Sequence record: PZ166176.1
Length of the DNA stretch: 64,000 bases
Direction: 5' to 3' (one strand)
Origin: a phage
Made by a program: the position numbers and the translations under genes. Shown piece by piece: positions 42,678 to 52,115 of this stretch. The notes under the pieces are model-generated. The model was not told the origin of the DNA. It did no database searches and saw only the letters and a program-made list of their open reading frames with translations. The first letter of the stretch is position 1; the number at the start of each line of letters is the position of its first letter.

Positions 42678-43436
42678 TTAAATAAACACTTCAGTAATCA
42701 GTTTAGACAAACGTCCACGTTTATTATCGTCCGTTGTCAGTTCAACATATCCAATAAAATCTACAATTGGCTCACGAACACCTTCTTCATTCTCTGGATA
42801 TAAAAGTTCCAAAATTTGATGCAGACCATTGCTACGTTTTTTAATTGCATATGTCTGGCGAACATCGCCTAATACAATAACATGCGTATTAATACCTGCA
42901 CGTTCAATAAGAAGTTTAAGTGTTTCTGTTGACATAAGTTGTGCTTCGTCAATAATGACGATTGTATTATCCAGGGTGGCCCCCAACAAATAGTTAGGAA
43001 TATTCAATTCGATCTTACCTGATCCAATATCGTTTTCCAATTTGTTGGCTGTCATGAATTGCTGGAAAATACGTTTTGTAGATTCATAGTGTGCTGCTAG
43101 TTTATCTGTTTTATCCCCAGACAAGAAACCAATCTGGTCATCTCCGACTTCAGTAGGGTTCTTGATAAAAAGTAGTTTACGGAAGTCTCCTGAACGAAGC
43201 ATCTGCAAAGCTTTCCATAAAGCAACAGAGGTTTTACCAGTCCCTGCCGGAGCATTTACAACAGTCAGATCATTCCAAATCATGCTTTGAACAATCTTAT
43301 TTTGGTCCCCTTCAGGCATAAATTCATCTAAACGGTAATCGTCATTACCTACCGCTTTTGCTGCATAACGGCTTTCAATCTTTGCTGAATTAGCCAGTTT
43401 CTGCCGTTGTGTTTTAGCTGCGGTTTTATTTCCCAT
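42678..43436 (-). CDS. phoH: PhoH-like ATPase
   Basis: Walker A NAPAGTGKT, Walker B VIIDEAQ; ATG at 43436 with SD aaaggag downstream of the hairpin. Confidence 0.8.
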   Translation of the reverse strand: MGNKTAAKTQRQKLANSAKIESRYAAKAVGNDDYRLDEFMPEGDQNKIVQSMIWNDLTVVNAPAGTGKTSVALWKALQMLRSGDFRKLLFIKNPTEVGDDQIGFLSGDKTDKLAAHYESTKRIFQQFMTANKLENDIGSGKIELNIPNYLLGATLDNTIVIIDEAQLMSTETLKLLIERAGINTHVIVLGDVRQTYAIKKRSNGLHQILELLYPENEEGVREPIVDFIGYVELTTDDNKRGRLSKLITEVFI

Positions 43437-43451
43437 AGTAGCACTCCTTTT

Positions 43452-43472
43452 AGAAGGGGCCGAAGCCCCTTT
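43452..43472 (-). other. UUCG-tetraloop GC hairpin between lysozyme and phoH
   Basis: Minus strand reads GGGGCTTCGGCCCC with no U tract after it. Confidence 0.45.
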
Positions 43473-43473
43473 A

Positions 43474-43974
43474 TTAGTTGTAAGCATCTAAAGTTCCAGA
43501 AGTCAGAACTTTAATTACTCGTTCAGCACGGTTTGGCGTCTGGCTATACCATCGGCTTTTACGCATGTTTTTACCTGCTTGAGTATAATATGCATTGCTG
43601 ATTAAAGTCAAGCTATTTTGAAACCCTTCAGCACCTTTTAACCCCAACTGGAAAACCATGTTAATTATTCCCAATTTACGAGTATCACTAACCTTATCAT
43701 AGATTGGTGATAAGATAGTACTGTTTTTTATGTCTCTCTTCACTTTTGCAACATCGTCAGCAAAGATTTGACGGGCTTCTTTTTCCGTGATAACTCCATT
43801 AGTCTTACGACCAAGAAGATTATCTAAGATTTGAATAGCCTTTGCTTTATCTTTTATTTTAGTCAGAAGGTGTCCTATGCCGACTGTCCAATAACCAAGA
43901 TGGTCTTGATAAACAGTAAGCTTCAGTCCTTCATCGACTCGTAGCATATCAAACTCATCTACTACTTTAGCCAT
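43474..43974 (-). CDS. e: T4-type lysozyme (endolysin)
   Basis: MLRVDEGLKLTVYQDHLGYWTVGIGHLLTK, GRKTNGVITEKEA, INMVFQLG, KSRWYSQTPNRAERVIKVLTSGTLDAY parallel T4 lysozyme. Confidence 0.9.
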   Translation of the reverse strand: MAKVVDEFDMLRVDEGLKLTVYQDHLGYWTVGIGHLLTKIKDKAKAIQILDNLLGRKTNGVITEKEARQIFADDVAKVKRDIKNSTILSPIYDKVSDTRKLGIINMVFQLGLKGAEGFQNSLTLISNAYYTQAGKNMRKSRWYSQTPNRAERVIKVLTSGTLDAYN

Positions 43975-43981
43975 TTACTTC

Positions 43982-44131
43982 CTATTCGTCGTCTCCTACT
44001 CCGTGATCCAACTCGTTAAACAACAGATGTTCTGGAGAAGTTTCACGTTTTGGTTTCGTTTTCTTTATGTTGGACTTCAGCTCATTTGCCAAAGCACGAG
44101 AAAAGATCTTACGTTTCTGTTTACTTTTCAT
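43982..44131 (-). CDS. 49-aa basic small protein
   Basis: MKSKQKRKIFSRALANELKSNIKKTKPKRE...; SD gcggag. Confidence 0.4.
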   Translation of the reverse strand: MKSKQKRKIFSRALANELKSNIKKTKPKRETSPEHLLFNELDHGVGDDE

Positions 44132-44136
44132 AATTG

Positions 44137-44397
44137 TTACTCCGCAATTTGAGCCATGAGATCACGCAGTTCGGTAAAACCGCCTACGTATGTTACCTCC
44201 CCGTTCACTTCGGACAGAATTTGTGGAAATGTGCGTGGAGGAACTCCGGTAAGATCAACAACTGTTTTAGTCATTGATTCTAAATCATAGTCTTGATCAA
44301 GACTTAAATATTCAAACTGTTTATTGCGCATGGTTAATAGTTGTTTTGACATTTCACAAAATTGACAGTTAGGTTTACCAAAAATTACAAATTCCAT
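44137..44397 (-). CDS. glutaredoxin-like protein
   Basis: 86 aa, CQFC active-site motif near the N-terminus; sits with nrdAB. Confidence 0.7.
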   Translation of the reverse strand: MEFVIFGKPNCQFCEMSKQLLTMRNKQFEYLSLDQDYDLESMTKTVVDLTGVPPRTFPQILSEVNGEVTYVGGFTELRDLMAQIAE

Positions 44398-45239
44398 TAC
44401 CTCTCCTTATTAAGTAATACTGCTAAAGACTGTTCAATACCTTTATTTAAATCTGATTTTGTAAGATAGTGACTGGTTACTAGTTGTGACTTCACCGGAC
44501 GTGCTGCTGGAGCATTATAGGTTGAAGCTGATACCGCCGATATCTTAACAGGTTCTGGCATCTGTGTCAAGATCTTTTCCGCAAACTCCGCCCAAGAAAT
44601 AAGATGGCTTCCTGCAAAATGGTAAGTCTTAACAGACCTTGACCAACCTGTTTTTAATACTTCAAAAATAGCTTCTGCTAAATCTGGAGCATATGTTGGA
44701 CAAGAGAACTGATCAGCAACAATAATAAAATCACGTTGTCCATCATTATAGCGAGACAACATGGTTTTTAGAAAGTTATTTCCAAATTCGCTATATACCG
44801 AGGCTGTTCGAATAATATATGCATTTGGGTTAACTCCTCGCACCATTTTTTCACCAAGTTCTTTCGTATACCCATAATTGTTTATTGGGTTAGGTGTAGT
44901 ATCTTCAAAAATAGGATGAGAATAATTAAAAATATAGTCTGTGGAAATATGCACAAAATCGATTTTAAGTTTGCTGCACACTGCCGCAATATTTGCAGGT
45001 CCATACGCATTAACAGCCAAAGCAGTAGCAAAATCATGTTCTGCTTTATCTACAGCCGTATAAGCGGCGCAATTAATAACCCCATCTACATAATCTTCAA
45101 CAATAGCGTTTCGCACAGCTTCAAAATTTGTAATATCTACACGTTCTTTAGGATAAATTAAAGATACATTTGAAGGAACCACTTTACGTAAAGCTTGTCC
45201 CAGTTGTCCATTACCACCCAATACCAGATATGTTAGCAT
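44397..45239 (-). CDS. rmlD: dTDP-4-dehydrorhamnose reductase (RmlD)
   Basis: GGNGQLG, AAYTAVDKAE, STDYIF, YGYTK, GNNFLKTML, ADQFSCPT, ARPVKSQL align with E. coli RmlD blocks. Confidence 0.8.
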   Translation of the reverse strand: MLTYLVLGGNGQLGQALRKVVPSNVSLIYPKERVDITNFEAVRNAIVEDYVDGVINCAAYTAVDKAEHDFATALAVNAYGPANIAAVCSKLKIDFVHISTDYIFNYSHPIFEDTTPNPINNYGYTKELGEKMVRGVNPNAYIIRTASVYSEFGNNFLKTMLSRYNDGQRDFIIVADQFSCPTYAPDLAEAIFEVLKTGWSRSVKTYHFAGSHLISWAEFAEKILTQMPEPVKISAVSASTYNAPAARPVKSQLVTSHYLTKSDLNKGIEQSLAVLLNKER

Positions 45240-45799
45240 ACACCCTCGCTACGTAACTGTTGAAAAGATTTAGCCATTGCATCTTTTGTTGATAAAATAG
45301 GTTTAAAACCTTCGTCAAAAATCATATCGAAGCCCCAATCAATCCCTATATCAGGATCATCCCAACGTAAACTTTGTTCACTAGAAGGGTCGTATGGAGT
45401 TGTGCATTTGTATTCAAAGATCGCATCCATACTCAAAACTATGAAACCATGTGCCAAACCAGGAGGAAGCCAAAACTGCGTATGGTGTCGTGCACGAAGA
45501 ACAACACCGTCCCAAGCACCGTAAGTTGGGCTATCTTTACGTAAATCTACAGCGAAATCCAATACTTCCCCACTTACACAACGAACAAGCTTACCTTGCG
45601 GATTATTTGTTTGAAAATGCATTCCTCGCAAAACACCGAAGTTTGATTTAGACATATTATCTTGAACGAAAGTTTGTTTACCAATGATATCTTCGTATTT
45701 TTGTTCATTGTATGTTTCTAAAAAGAAACCACGATCATCTTTATAAACGTCTGGTTTGATAATTACCGCACCTTCAATTTTTGTTTTTTCTACTTTCAT
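45233..45799 (-). CDS. rmlC: dTDP-4-dehydrorhamnose 3,5-epimerase (RmlC)
   Basis: DDRGFFLET, RGMHFQ, QGKLVRCVSGEVLDFAVDLRKDSPTYG, PPGLAHGF, RWDDPDIGIDW align with RmlC. Confidence 0.85.
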   Translation of the reverse strand: MKVEKTKIEGAVIIKPDVYKDDRGFFLETYNEQKYEDIIGKQTFVQDNMSKSNFGVLRGMHFQTNNPQGKLVRCVSGEVLDFAVDLRKDSPTYGAWDGVVLRARHHTQFWLPPGLAHGFIVLSMDAIFEYKCTTPYDPSSEQSLRWDDPDIGIDWGFDMIFDEGFKPILSTKDAMAKSFQQLRSEGVC

Positions 45800-45808
45800 T
45801 TTCTCTCC

Positions 45809-46135
45809 TTACCAGACGTGTTGAGAAATAATAGTTTCCGTTTTAATATTATATTTTTCAAGTAGCTCTGCATAGGCTTCTTTTGCATTCTCATTCAATT
45901 GCTCAAGATCTACAGCTATGCTTCCTTCTCCGCCTTCTAAATCAAGGCCGTATATGCAATAAGACTCATCCGCATCGTAGAAAGGAGAGATGCGGCTTAA
46001 GTCCAGACCTTCTTGTAAGAACCAGTTAAAATCTCCATCAAATTCTTCTTCAATTCTAGGATCTTCTCCTACAGCCTCTTCCCACTTATTAAAAGGTGCA
46101 CCCTGTAACATACGCCATTCGATATCAATACCCAT
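45809..46135 (-). CDS. hypothetical acidic protein (108 aa)
   Basis: SD gaggag. Confidence 0.6.
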   Translation of the reverse strand: MGIDIEWRMLQGAPFNKWEEAVGEDPRIEEEFDGDFNWFLQEGLDLSRISPFYDADESYCIYGLDLEGGEGSIAVDLEQLNENAKEAYAELLEKYNIKTETIISQHVW

Positions 46136-46289
46136 TTTTCATCTCCTCCTCTTCTTGAGCAGCTTTAATAATTGCTTCATAAATATCGTAAGCAATGCCT
46201 CCACAACATCTAGCTTCGAAAGCTATTGCTTCTGCAATGTGATCTGTTAATTCTCGTGGAATGCGGACATACTCTTTTTCACTCTCCAT
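46125..46289 (-). CDS. 54-aa small protein
   Basis: MESEKEYVRIPRELTDHIAEAIAFEARCCGG...; overlap-coupled on both sides. Confidence 0.4.
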   Translation of the reverse strand: MESEKEYVRIPRELTDHIAEAIAFEARCCGGIAYDIYEAIIKAAQEEEEMKNGY

Positions 46290-46431
46290 CTTCTACCTCC
46301 AACCCTTCTTTTTCAAAGACTACTACTCGTCCCTCACCATGACAATTCAGGCAAGGAAATGTTACCATAATTTCCACTTCCATCTGTCCAGTCCCACCGC
46401 ACACAGGACAAAAAATAAGTTTTTCAGCCAT
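46279..46431 (-). CDS. 50-aa zinc-ribbon small protein
   Basis: MAEKLIFCPVCGGTGQMEVEIMVTFPCLNCHGEGRVVVFEKEG; TAATG overlap with the upstream gene. Confidence 0.5.
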   Translation of the reverse strand: MAEKLIFCPVCGGTGQMEVEIMVTFPCLNCHGEGRVVVFEKEGLEVEDGE

Positions 46432-46640
46432 TATTCCTCCTTAATTATTTCAAACTTGGCAACACCATTTACAATAATATGACCACAAGACATAACTCCT
46501 AGCCAAGGATCGCCGTTTTTCTTCCGGCGTTTACCGAATACATCACAAAAACCATTCTTCATTTCGGAGGCTTCATAAGAAGCCCCTTTGTCAAAAACGT
46601 CTTTGAATGTGTCGATTATACCAACACATCTCAAAATCAT
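46431..46640 (-). CDS. hypothetical protein (69 aa)
   Basis: ORF coupled to nrdB. Confidence 0.55.
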   Translation of the reverse strand: MILRCVGIIDTFKDVFDKGASYEASEMKNGFCDVFGKRRKKNGDPWLGVMSCGHIIVNGVAKFEIIKEE

Positions 46641-47725
46641 TAGAAGTCAAGCTCCTCATCATCAGAGAGATCTTTGTTAGCTGAATTCAATTTGTAATTA
46701 GTTAACTGAATCTCTTGGGCTGCTGACTGAATCAAATCAGGATTCAACCATTTTTCCATCCAAGCTAAAGGACTATGTTTAGGTGCTTTAAACTTGGCTT
46801 TCATTTTCAATCGACGATAAATAGGAGCAGCATTGAAATAAACCCACTGTTTAGACAATTCGGCGTTAAGACCTACAATAAAACGACCTTCACTAAACAG
46901 GTAGTCACACCACTGTTCCTCTTGTTCAACAACAGTGTCGAGGATCAAAGTCAACTCTTCAATATTGTCTTCGTAAATTTTACGCCAAATTGGGTCATGC
47001 ATCAATGCATCAATTACAGCATAATCCATCTTAACATGCAAGATTTCATCTAGCATAATTTTCTGGATCAGTTTACAAGCCCCAACAAACAGTTGTTGTT
47101 CTGCCATAGCAAAAGTAGCAGAGAAGGAAGATATAAACTGAATACCTTCTAATCCAATCAGGGCTACCATCCCTTTAAGAATCAGCAATCGAAGTTCATC
47201 GTTAGCTTCAATCAATCCTAGAGCATACTTATGACCAGCTTCTTCCAACTGACCCATGATATCAGCAATGATACCCATACGATTGAAAATTTTATCATTA
47301 ATCATAATCTGATTGATGACTTCAATTGGATCTGGAGTACATTGACGGATTATTTCAGAATACGTTAACGCATGGAGAACTTCCATTTCACTCTGCTTCA
47401 TCATCATAGCACAGGCTTCATTGTTACTCAAGAATGGAGAGAACAAAGTGATGATTGATTTTGCAAGAGAATCATTTTCCCATTGGAACGATAAGTTTTT
47501 AATCATAACATCGTAGTTGTTTTTAGAACAAGCTACGAAATCTTTACGTGTCTGATCCAGATTAACTTCGTTTTCATCCCAATCTTGTGCTTTTTGAAGC
47601 TTGTAGAGTTTGTGCATTTCTGGGTAAGTTACGTTAACAGAATCAAAGATCCCTAATTGCTCCCCCAAAAATACTGGATATTTTCCTGTTTTGTAAACTT
47701 CATTGTGTAAATTAATTGCTGCCAT
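46640..47725 (-). CDS. nrdB: ribonucleotide reductase class Ia small subunit (NrdB)
   Basis: 361 aa, ferritin-like family; C-terminal acidic tail DDEELDF typical of the R2 tail; SD ggagga. Confidence 0.85.
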   Translation of the reverse strand: MAAINLHNEVYKTGKYPVFLGEQLGIFDSVNVTYPEMHKLYKLQKAQDWDENEVNLDQTRKDFVACSKNNYDVMIKNLSFQWENDSLAKSIITLFSPFLSNNEACAMMMKQSEMEVLHALTYSEIIRQCTPDPIEVINQIMINDKIFNRMGIIADIMGQLEEAGHKYALGLIEANDELRLLILKGMVALIGLEGIQFISSFSATFAMAEQQLFVGACKLIQKIMLDEILHVKMDYAVIDALMHDPIWRKIYEDNIEELTLILDTVVEQEEQWCDYLFSEGRFIVGLNAELSKQWVYFNAAPIYRRLKMKAKFKAPKHSPLAWMEKWLNPDLIQSAAQEIQLTNYKLNSANKDLSDDEELDF

Positions 47726-48050
47726 TTAAATCCTCCACTATTTCACAAAAACCTCTTAAGCTTAAAATATCTTCTTCCTCAAAATCATTGCTCCGGTAGA
47801 AAGCTTCCAGTGCTTCCCATACGCTTCTACCAAGTATAACAGTCACTGTTTCTTCACTTCTTGCCCTTGTTATTGCGTAAGCCGTGGCTTCTGGATAAAA
47901 AGATTCCCAAATCTGCATGTTAGCTATTTCAAGACCGCCAAGATAATGGTGGCACCAAGTAGGGGTAAAATCTTCAGGGCGAATCAACAGAGGCTTAAAC
48001 CCAGGTCGGTAGATTGGGGTTACTCCAGGTAAAACTATAAGTGTGCTCAT
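47712..48050 (-). CDS. hypothetical protein between nrdA and nrdB (113 aa)
   Basis: ATG at 48050 with SD gaggagg; the track start at 48119 would overlap the nrdA 3' end and the hairpin. Confidence 0.55.
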   Translation of the reverse strand: MSTLIVLPGVTPIYRPGFKPLLIRPEDFTPTWCHHYLGGLEIANMQIWESFYPEATAYAITRARSEETVTVILGRSVWEALEAFYRSNDFEEEDILSLRGFCEIVEDLNGSN

Positions 48051-48059
48051 AATCCTCCT

Positions 48060-48085
48060 CAATAAAAAGGGGCTGAAGCCCCTAG
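48060..48085 (-). terminator. GC hairpin with U-run after nrdA (terminator or attenuator)
   Basis: Minus strand reads GGGGCTTCAGCCCC then tttttatt. Confidence 0.5.
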
Positions 48086-48090
48086 TTTCA

Positions 48091-50331
48091 TCACATTTTG
48101 CAAGCTTCACAACCACCATCAGAATCTTCTTGTGCTAAAGAGTCTGCTGATTTTGTTCTACTATTAAGGTAATACAATGACTTGCCACCCAGTCTGGCAA
48201 AATTCAGAATAAACTGCATCTCAGCTTTCACTGATAAACGTCCACCTACCAATTTAGAATAATCTAGCCAAGAATCACAAGAAATTCCTTGGTCCGTGAA
48301 TTTGGTAAAGATACCATACATTTCTGCAAGATCTTTAGCCGGAGTATCCCAGGCGGATTGGTAGAACATTTTCAGTTTTTCGTAGTCTGGAACAATAAAT
48401 AATACACTACCTTTCTGACTTTGTTTATACATGATAGTATCACGAACAGGATACAGAGAGTTAGTAGTATTGCTTACCAAACTGCTGGACTCATTAGGTG
48501 CAATAGCAGCCAAGACACTGTTACGGATACCACCTTGTTCAATGATTTCAGCACGTAAGCCTTCCCAGTCCATTTTAAGATCAAAATTACCGATACTATC
48601 TACTGTTTTAGCATAAGTGTCAATTGGTAGCCAACCTTGAGGCCATTTGGTCTTATCGATCCACTCTGCATTACCTTTTTCCTTAGCCAGACGCAGAGAG
48701 GCTTTTGCCAACCAAAAGTAATGACGTTCTGCAAGTTCATGCATTAATTTTTTAGCATAAGCATCTGAATAATTTACAAAATTACTTGCCAAGTAATGCG
48801 CTAAGTTTGTAATGCCTACACCAATAGATCTACGTGCTTTAGCAGTTATTTCGTTATGTTTAAATGGATAATCCATTGTTTCAATAACGTTGTCAATTGT
48901 CAATACAGTGTAGTATGCAACATCCTCATATTCTTCAGGTAAGACACGACCAGCCACAATAGAAGATAAGAAGCATAAAGCCAATTCTTGATCTTCTGTA
49001 TTCTCACCAGTAAAGAGATCCGGCATACTGTGGAAAGCTTTAGTTGGTAAGAAGATCTCTTGACACAGGTTTGATTGATACACCGTATCCAGGAAAGGTG
49101 TATGGTTGTTAACGTTGTCAGCAAAGAACATGTAAATACGTCCTGTTTCTGCACGTTGAACAATAATCTCTGTCAGAAGATCACGAGCCTTAACAAATTT
49201 TTTCTTAATGCGACGACGGCTTACTTTGTCATAAACTGCATCAAACTCTTCTTCACTTTTATACAAAGCTTCATAAAGTTCAGGAGCATCATCACAACTA
49301 ACTAACATCCAATCTTCGTTTTTTGCTGCTCGACGCAAGAACGAACGGTTAACAACAATAGAATAATCCAGTTTGTCTACTCGTTTATCTATAGGTGTTG
49401 TTGGATTCTTCAGTCGAATCAGATCGTCGAAGTCTGGTTCAAGTATGGTAAAGGTAACTGTAGCACTACCTCCACGACTTGCTTGCTTCGAAGCTCCAAC
49501 ACTATCTTCCATCCATTTCAGATACGGAAGAAGACCACCATGAATAATACGATTATTCTTAACACCTTGACCTGTGGCACGAGTTTGAAGATTAACACCA
49601 ATACCTGCGTTATTCAACGTATACTCATGAGCTAAGTAATTAGCAATGGCTAAAGACTCTGCCGTATCGTCTGCACGGAATAAACAACAAGACGCACTTC
49701 CTTTGATTGGAGTTCGTAGAGTTGTCAGATACGGCGATGGCAGATTAATCTTAAGATCGCTAACATAAGTATAAAGTTTTTTAATATCTTCTATACGGCG
49801 TTCTTTTGGTTGGATCTCCATAACCTTCATTGCGATACCAATGAAAAGAAACTGTGGAGACTCATGCACCACATCGTTTACTGCATCTCGAATAAGATAT
49901 TTATCTACCATCTGGCGTAAAACAGAATAACCATAAGTTAGATTTTTATTATGCTTTACAATCTTACCGATTTCTTTGATCTCTTCATCAGTATAATCCA
50001 TTTTAGCCCAATGTCCACGTTCTACCATATCATGATAAAAGGTATTCAGTGAAGGGATACTGTGGTATCCCCCATGAGCCTGTTTGTAAATCATACCCAG
50101 AAGAAGTCTTCCTGCCATATCACTGTAAGCTTGTGTTTTCTTGTCAATACACGCTGCAATCATTGCTTTATGCAGATCACGTGTAGACACACCGTCATAA
50201 CACCGCTTCACAGCTTCTAATTCAATTTCAGACCAGTTTAGTTTACCTGCTGCAAATTCAGACCACTTGCGAAGTTTTTCTGGATTAAACTCCTCTGTCT
50301 TACCATTAGATTTAGTTACAAAACGAATCAA
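48091..50331 (-). CDS. nrdA: ribonucleotide reductase class Ia large subunit (NrdA)
   Basis: 746 aa; N-terminal ATP-cone region, SASCCLFRAD-type block, C-terminal CEACKM redox pair; TTG start after GGGAGGAG. Confidence 0.9.
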   Translation of the reverse strand: MIRFVTKSNGKTEEFNPEKLRKWSEFAAGKLNWSEIELEAVKRCYDGVSTRDLHKAMIAACIDKKTQAYSDMAGRLLLGMIYKQAHGGYHSIPSLNTFYHDMVERGHWAKMDYTDEEIKEIGKIVKHNKNLTYGYSVLRQMVDKYLIRDAVNDVVHESPQFLFIGIAMKVMEIQPKERRIEDIKKLYTYVSDLKINLPSPYLTTLRTPIKGSASCCLFRADDTAESLAIANYLAHEYTLNNAGIGVNLQTRATGQGVKNNRIIHGGLLPYLKWMEDSVGASKQASRGGSATVTFTILEPDFDDLIRLKNPTTPIDKRVDKLDYSIVVNRSFLRRAAKNEDWMLVSCDDAPELYEALYKSEEEFDAVYDKVSRRRIKKKFVKARDLLTEIIVQRAETGRIYMFFADNVNNHTPFLDTVYQSNLCQEIFLPTKAFHSMPDLFTGENTEDQELALCFLSSIVAGRVLPEEYEDVAYYTVLTIDNVIETMDYPFKHNEITAKARRSIGVGITNLAHYLASNFVNYSDAYAKKLMHELAERHYFWLAKASLRLAKEKGNAEWIDKTKWPQGWLPIDTYAKTVDSIGNFDLKMDWEGLRAEIIEQGGIRNSVLAAIAPNESSSLVSNTTNSLYPVRDTIMYKQSQKGSVLFIVPDYEKLKMFYQSAWDTPAKDLAEMYGIFTKFTDQGISCDSWLDYSKLVGGRLSVKAEMQFILNFARLGGKSLYYLNSRTKSADSLAQEDSDGGCEACKM

Positions 50332-50347
50332 CTTCTCCTCCCTATTA

Positions 50348-50590
50348 TTAATGCATATTCAAAACATCTACATCATAACCGAACTTCATTTCATTAAAAA
50401 GTCCATTAGCATATAGAAAACCTTCAAAATGAGTTATGTCATCAAACCCTTTTGCTTTTGCTCGACGGTCTGCTTCTTGTCTTTTAGGAGATAAACGTTT
50501 TGAAGTGTCTAGAATTACAGTTACATTACAACCAACAGTTTCATCAAAATAGACTTCGATTTCACAGCCTTCATATTTATTATCAGTCAT
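50348..50590 (-). CDS. hypothetical protein (80 aa)
   Basis: ATG at 50590 with SD gagaggg. Confidence 0.55.
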   Translation of the reverse strand: MTDNKYEGCEIEVYFDETVGCNVTVILDTSKRLSPKRQEADRRAKAKGFDDITHFEGFLYANGLFNEMKFGYDVDVLNMH

Positions 50591-50598
50591 TGTCCCTC

Positions 50599-51008
50599 TC
50601 ATTGATTAGTATCATCTGCTTTCGCAGGATCATAAGAGTTACCGAAATCATCCATCTTAATATGTGACGCACCCCAACCTGTAAATTCTTCATCACCAAA
50701 ATGAAAAATATCATTTTCTTGATAGATTCGTTTAAAACCACAATTAGGTGAAACAGGGAAAGTGAAAAGTGTTGTATTTGCAAACACTACTCGCTTACCG
50801 TTATTGCTTCGGATATTCACATTACGCTCAACAGAATAGTGTGAATCTTCAGCCATACCCAGCATTACAAGCGACGCTCTAATAACAGCACTTTGTTTCT
50901 CGTGTGGGATATTGCCATTGTGTTTATTTGATTCTAGTTTCCAGATAGGGGTAGACATTACAGTAGACATGCTTACGGTAGCCCAAGTTGTAGTATTTAC
51001 TAATGACA
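50599..51008 (-). CDS. hypothetical protein (136 aa)
   Basis: ATG at 51008 with SD aaggagaaaa. Confidence 0.6.
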
Positions 51009-51030
51009 TATTTTCTCCTTCATTTTGAAT

Positions 51031-51091
51031 GGGAGGACTCACCTCCTCCCAGTATTGTGCTATATTATACTAAAACTAATACTAAAGTCAA
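51031..51091 (-). promoter_or_regulatory. minus-strand promoter plus 5' stem-loop (PeSL-like architecture)
   Basis: Minus strand: TTGACT-N16-TATAAT then gggaggaggtgagtcctccc hairpin, SD, ATG. Confidence 0.5.
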
Positions 51092-51107
51092 TAACTATTT
51101 AAACAGA

Positions 51108-52106
51108 TCACCATTTAGTATGATTTGTTAAAAGTTGACGATGTTGAATCCAGCCTTTGAAATTGCCAGACCAAAACTTACCATTACGATCTACATGGGT
51201 AATACCTGGTTCCCAAGAGTTAAAATCCCAAGGAGCATTGATAAACAAATCTTCAAAACAGTTCTCTCCATATTGTTCGTATGTTTCTTGAATTGGAGTG
51301 GCCTGATGTTCAAACGGAGAAGCATGAACCTTGCGCCCAGTCAGCAAGCGACCATAAATATCTAAAGCTTTATCTTTAGTTGCATTTAAACGACGATAGC
51401 TAACCTGTGCACAACATGAAGCTGAAATAGCTTTGGCTTCTTCCAAAGTAAGCACAACAACTTCTCCAGATTCATCTTGAACGTAGTATCCACCAAAAAC
51501 AAAATGATCGTCACCTTCTGTGCCAATATTATCGTAGAAATGGTCTACATAAGGTGTGTGCCATTGCCCTGGTTTCAGCACTTCTGGTGTAGATCCTTCA
51601 TACTCTTTGTGCATCTCTTTAGCCAAAGCTTCGATAGTAGGATCGGCTTCTTTGTCATCACGTAGCCACCAGAAATTTTCATATTCTGTTGCTGTCAGAA
51701 CTGTTTTAATTCGTTGGAAAGGTTCCAGAAGACGGTTTGCAACTTGTTTGTGGTACCCTGCCAAAGAGAATTCTTCTGCAAAACGTGCTGCACTAAGCGC
51801 GGCAAGATCCCACCACTCTTGAGCAGTATAACCTGCATCAATAAGAGCGTCATGATCAACACCTTTATCCTGCATACCAGGTTGGTTAGCCCCAAAACGA
51901 TAAGGACGAGCAGGTTGATTTCGCACCATTTCAATCAGTGTTTTAACAGGTATAGCACGGCTAGAAGCAGCATTACGACTAAACAGGCGGTGAGTCATCA
52001 ATTCTGAATGAATAATACGTGGATATTCTAGTTCAAAAGTTACAATCTCTTTTCCGTCTTCAGTGATGGAATGCGCAATAATACTAGCCGAAATCTGTTT
52101 TGTCAT
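51108..52106 (-). CDS. ThyX-like flavin-dependent thymidylate synthase family protein
   Basis: SELMTHRLFSRNAASSRAIP fits the ThyX RHR-x7-S-x-R signature except Thr replaces the first Arg; 332 aa is long for ThyX. Confidence 0.5.
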   Translation of the reverse strand: MTKQISASIIAHSITEDGKEIVTFELEYPRIIHSELMTHRLFSRNAASSRAIPVKTLIEMVRNQPARPYRFGANQPGMQDKGVDHDALIDAGYTAQEWWDLAALSAARFAEEFSLAGYHKQVANRLLEPFQRIKTVLTATEYENFWWLRDDKEADPTIEALAKEMHKEYEGSTPEVLKPGQWHTPYVDHFYDNIGTEGDDHFVFGGYYVQDESGEVVVLTLEEAKAISASCCAQVSYRRLNATKDKALDIYGRLLTGRKVHASPFEHQATPIQETYEQYGENCFEDLFINAPWDFNSWEPGITHVDRNGKFWSGNFKGWIQHRQLLTNHTKW

Positions 52107-52115
52107 TTTTTCTCC

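Noticed and set aside
47712-48119. Full 135-aa ORF between nrdA and nrdB as given by the ORF track
   Set aside because: Its first 23 codons overlap the nrdA 3' end and the hairpin; the start was trimmed to the internal ATG at 48050, which has a strong SD.
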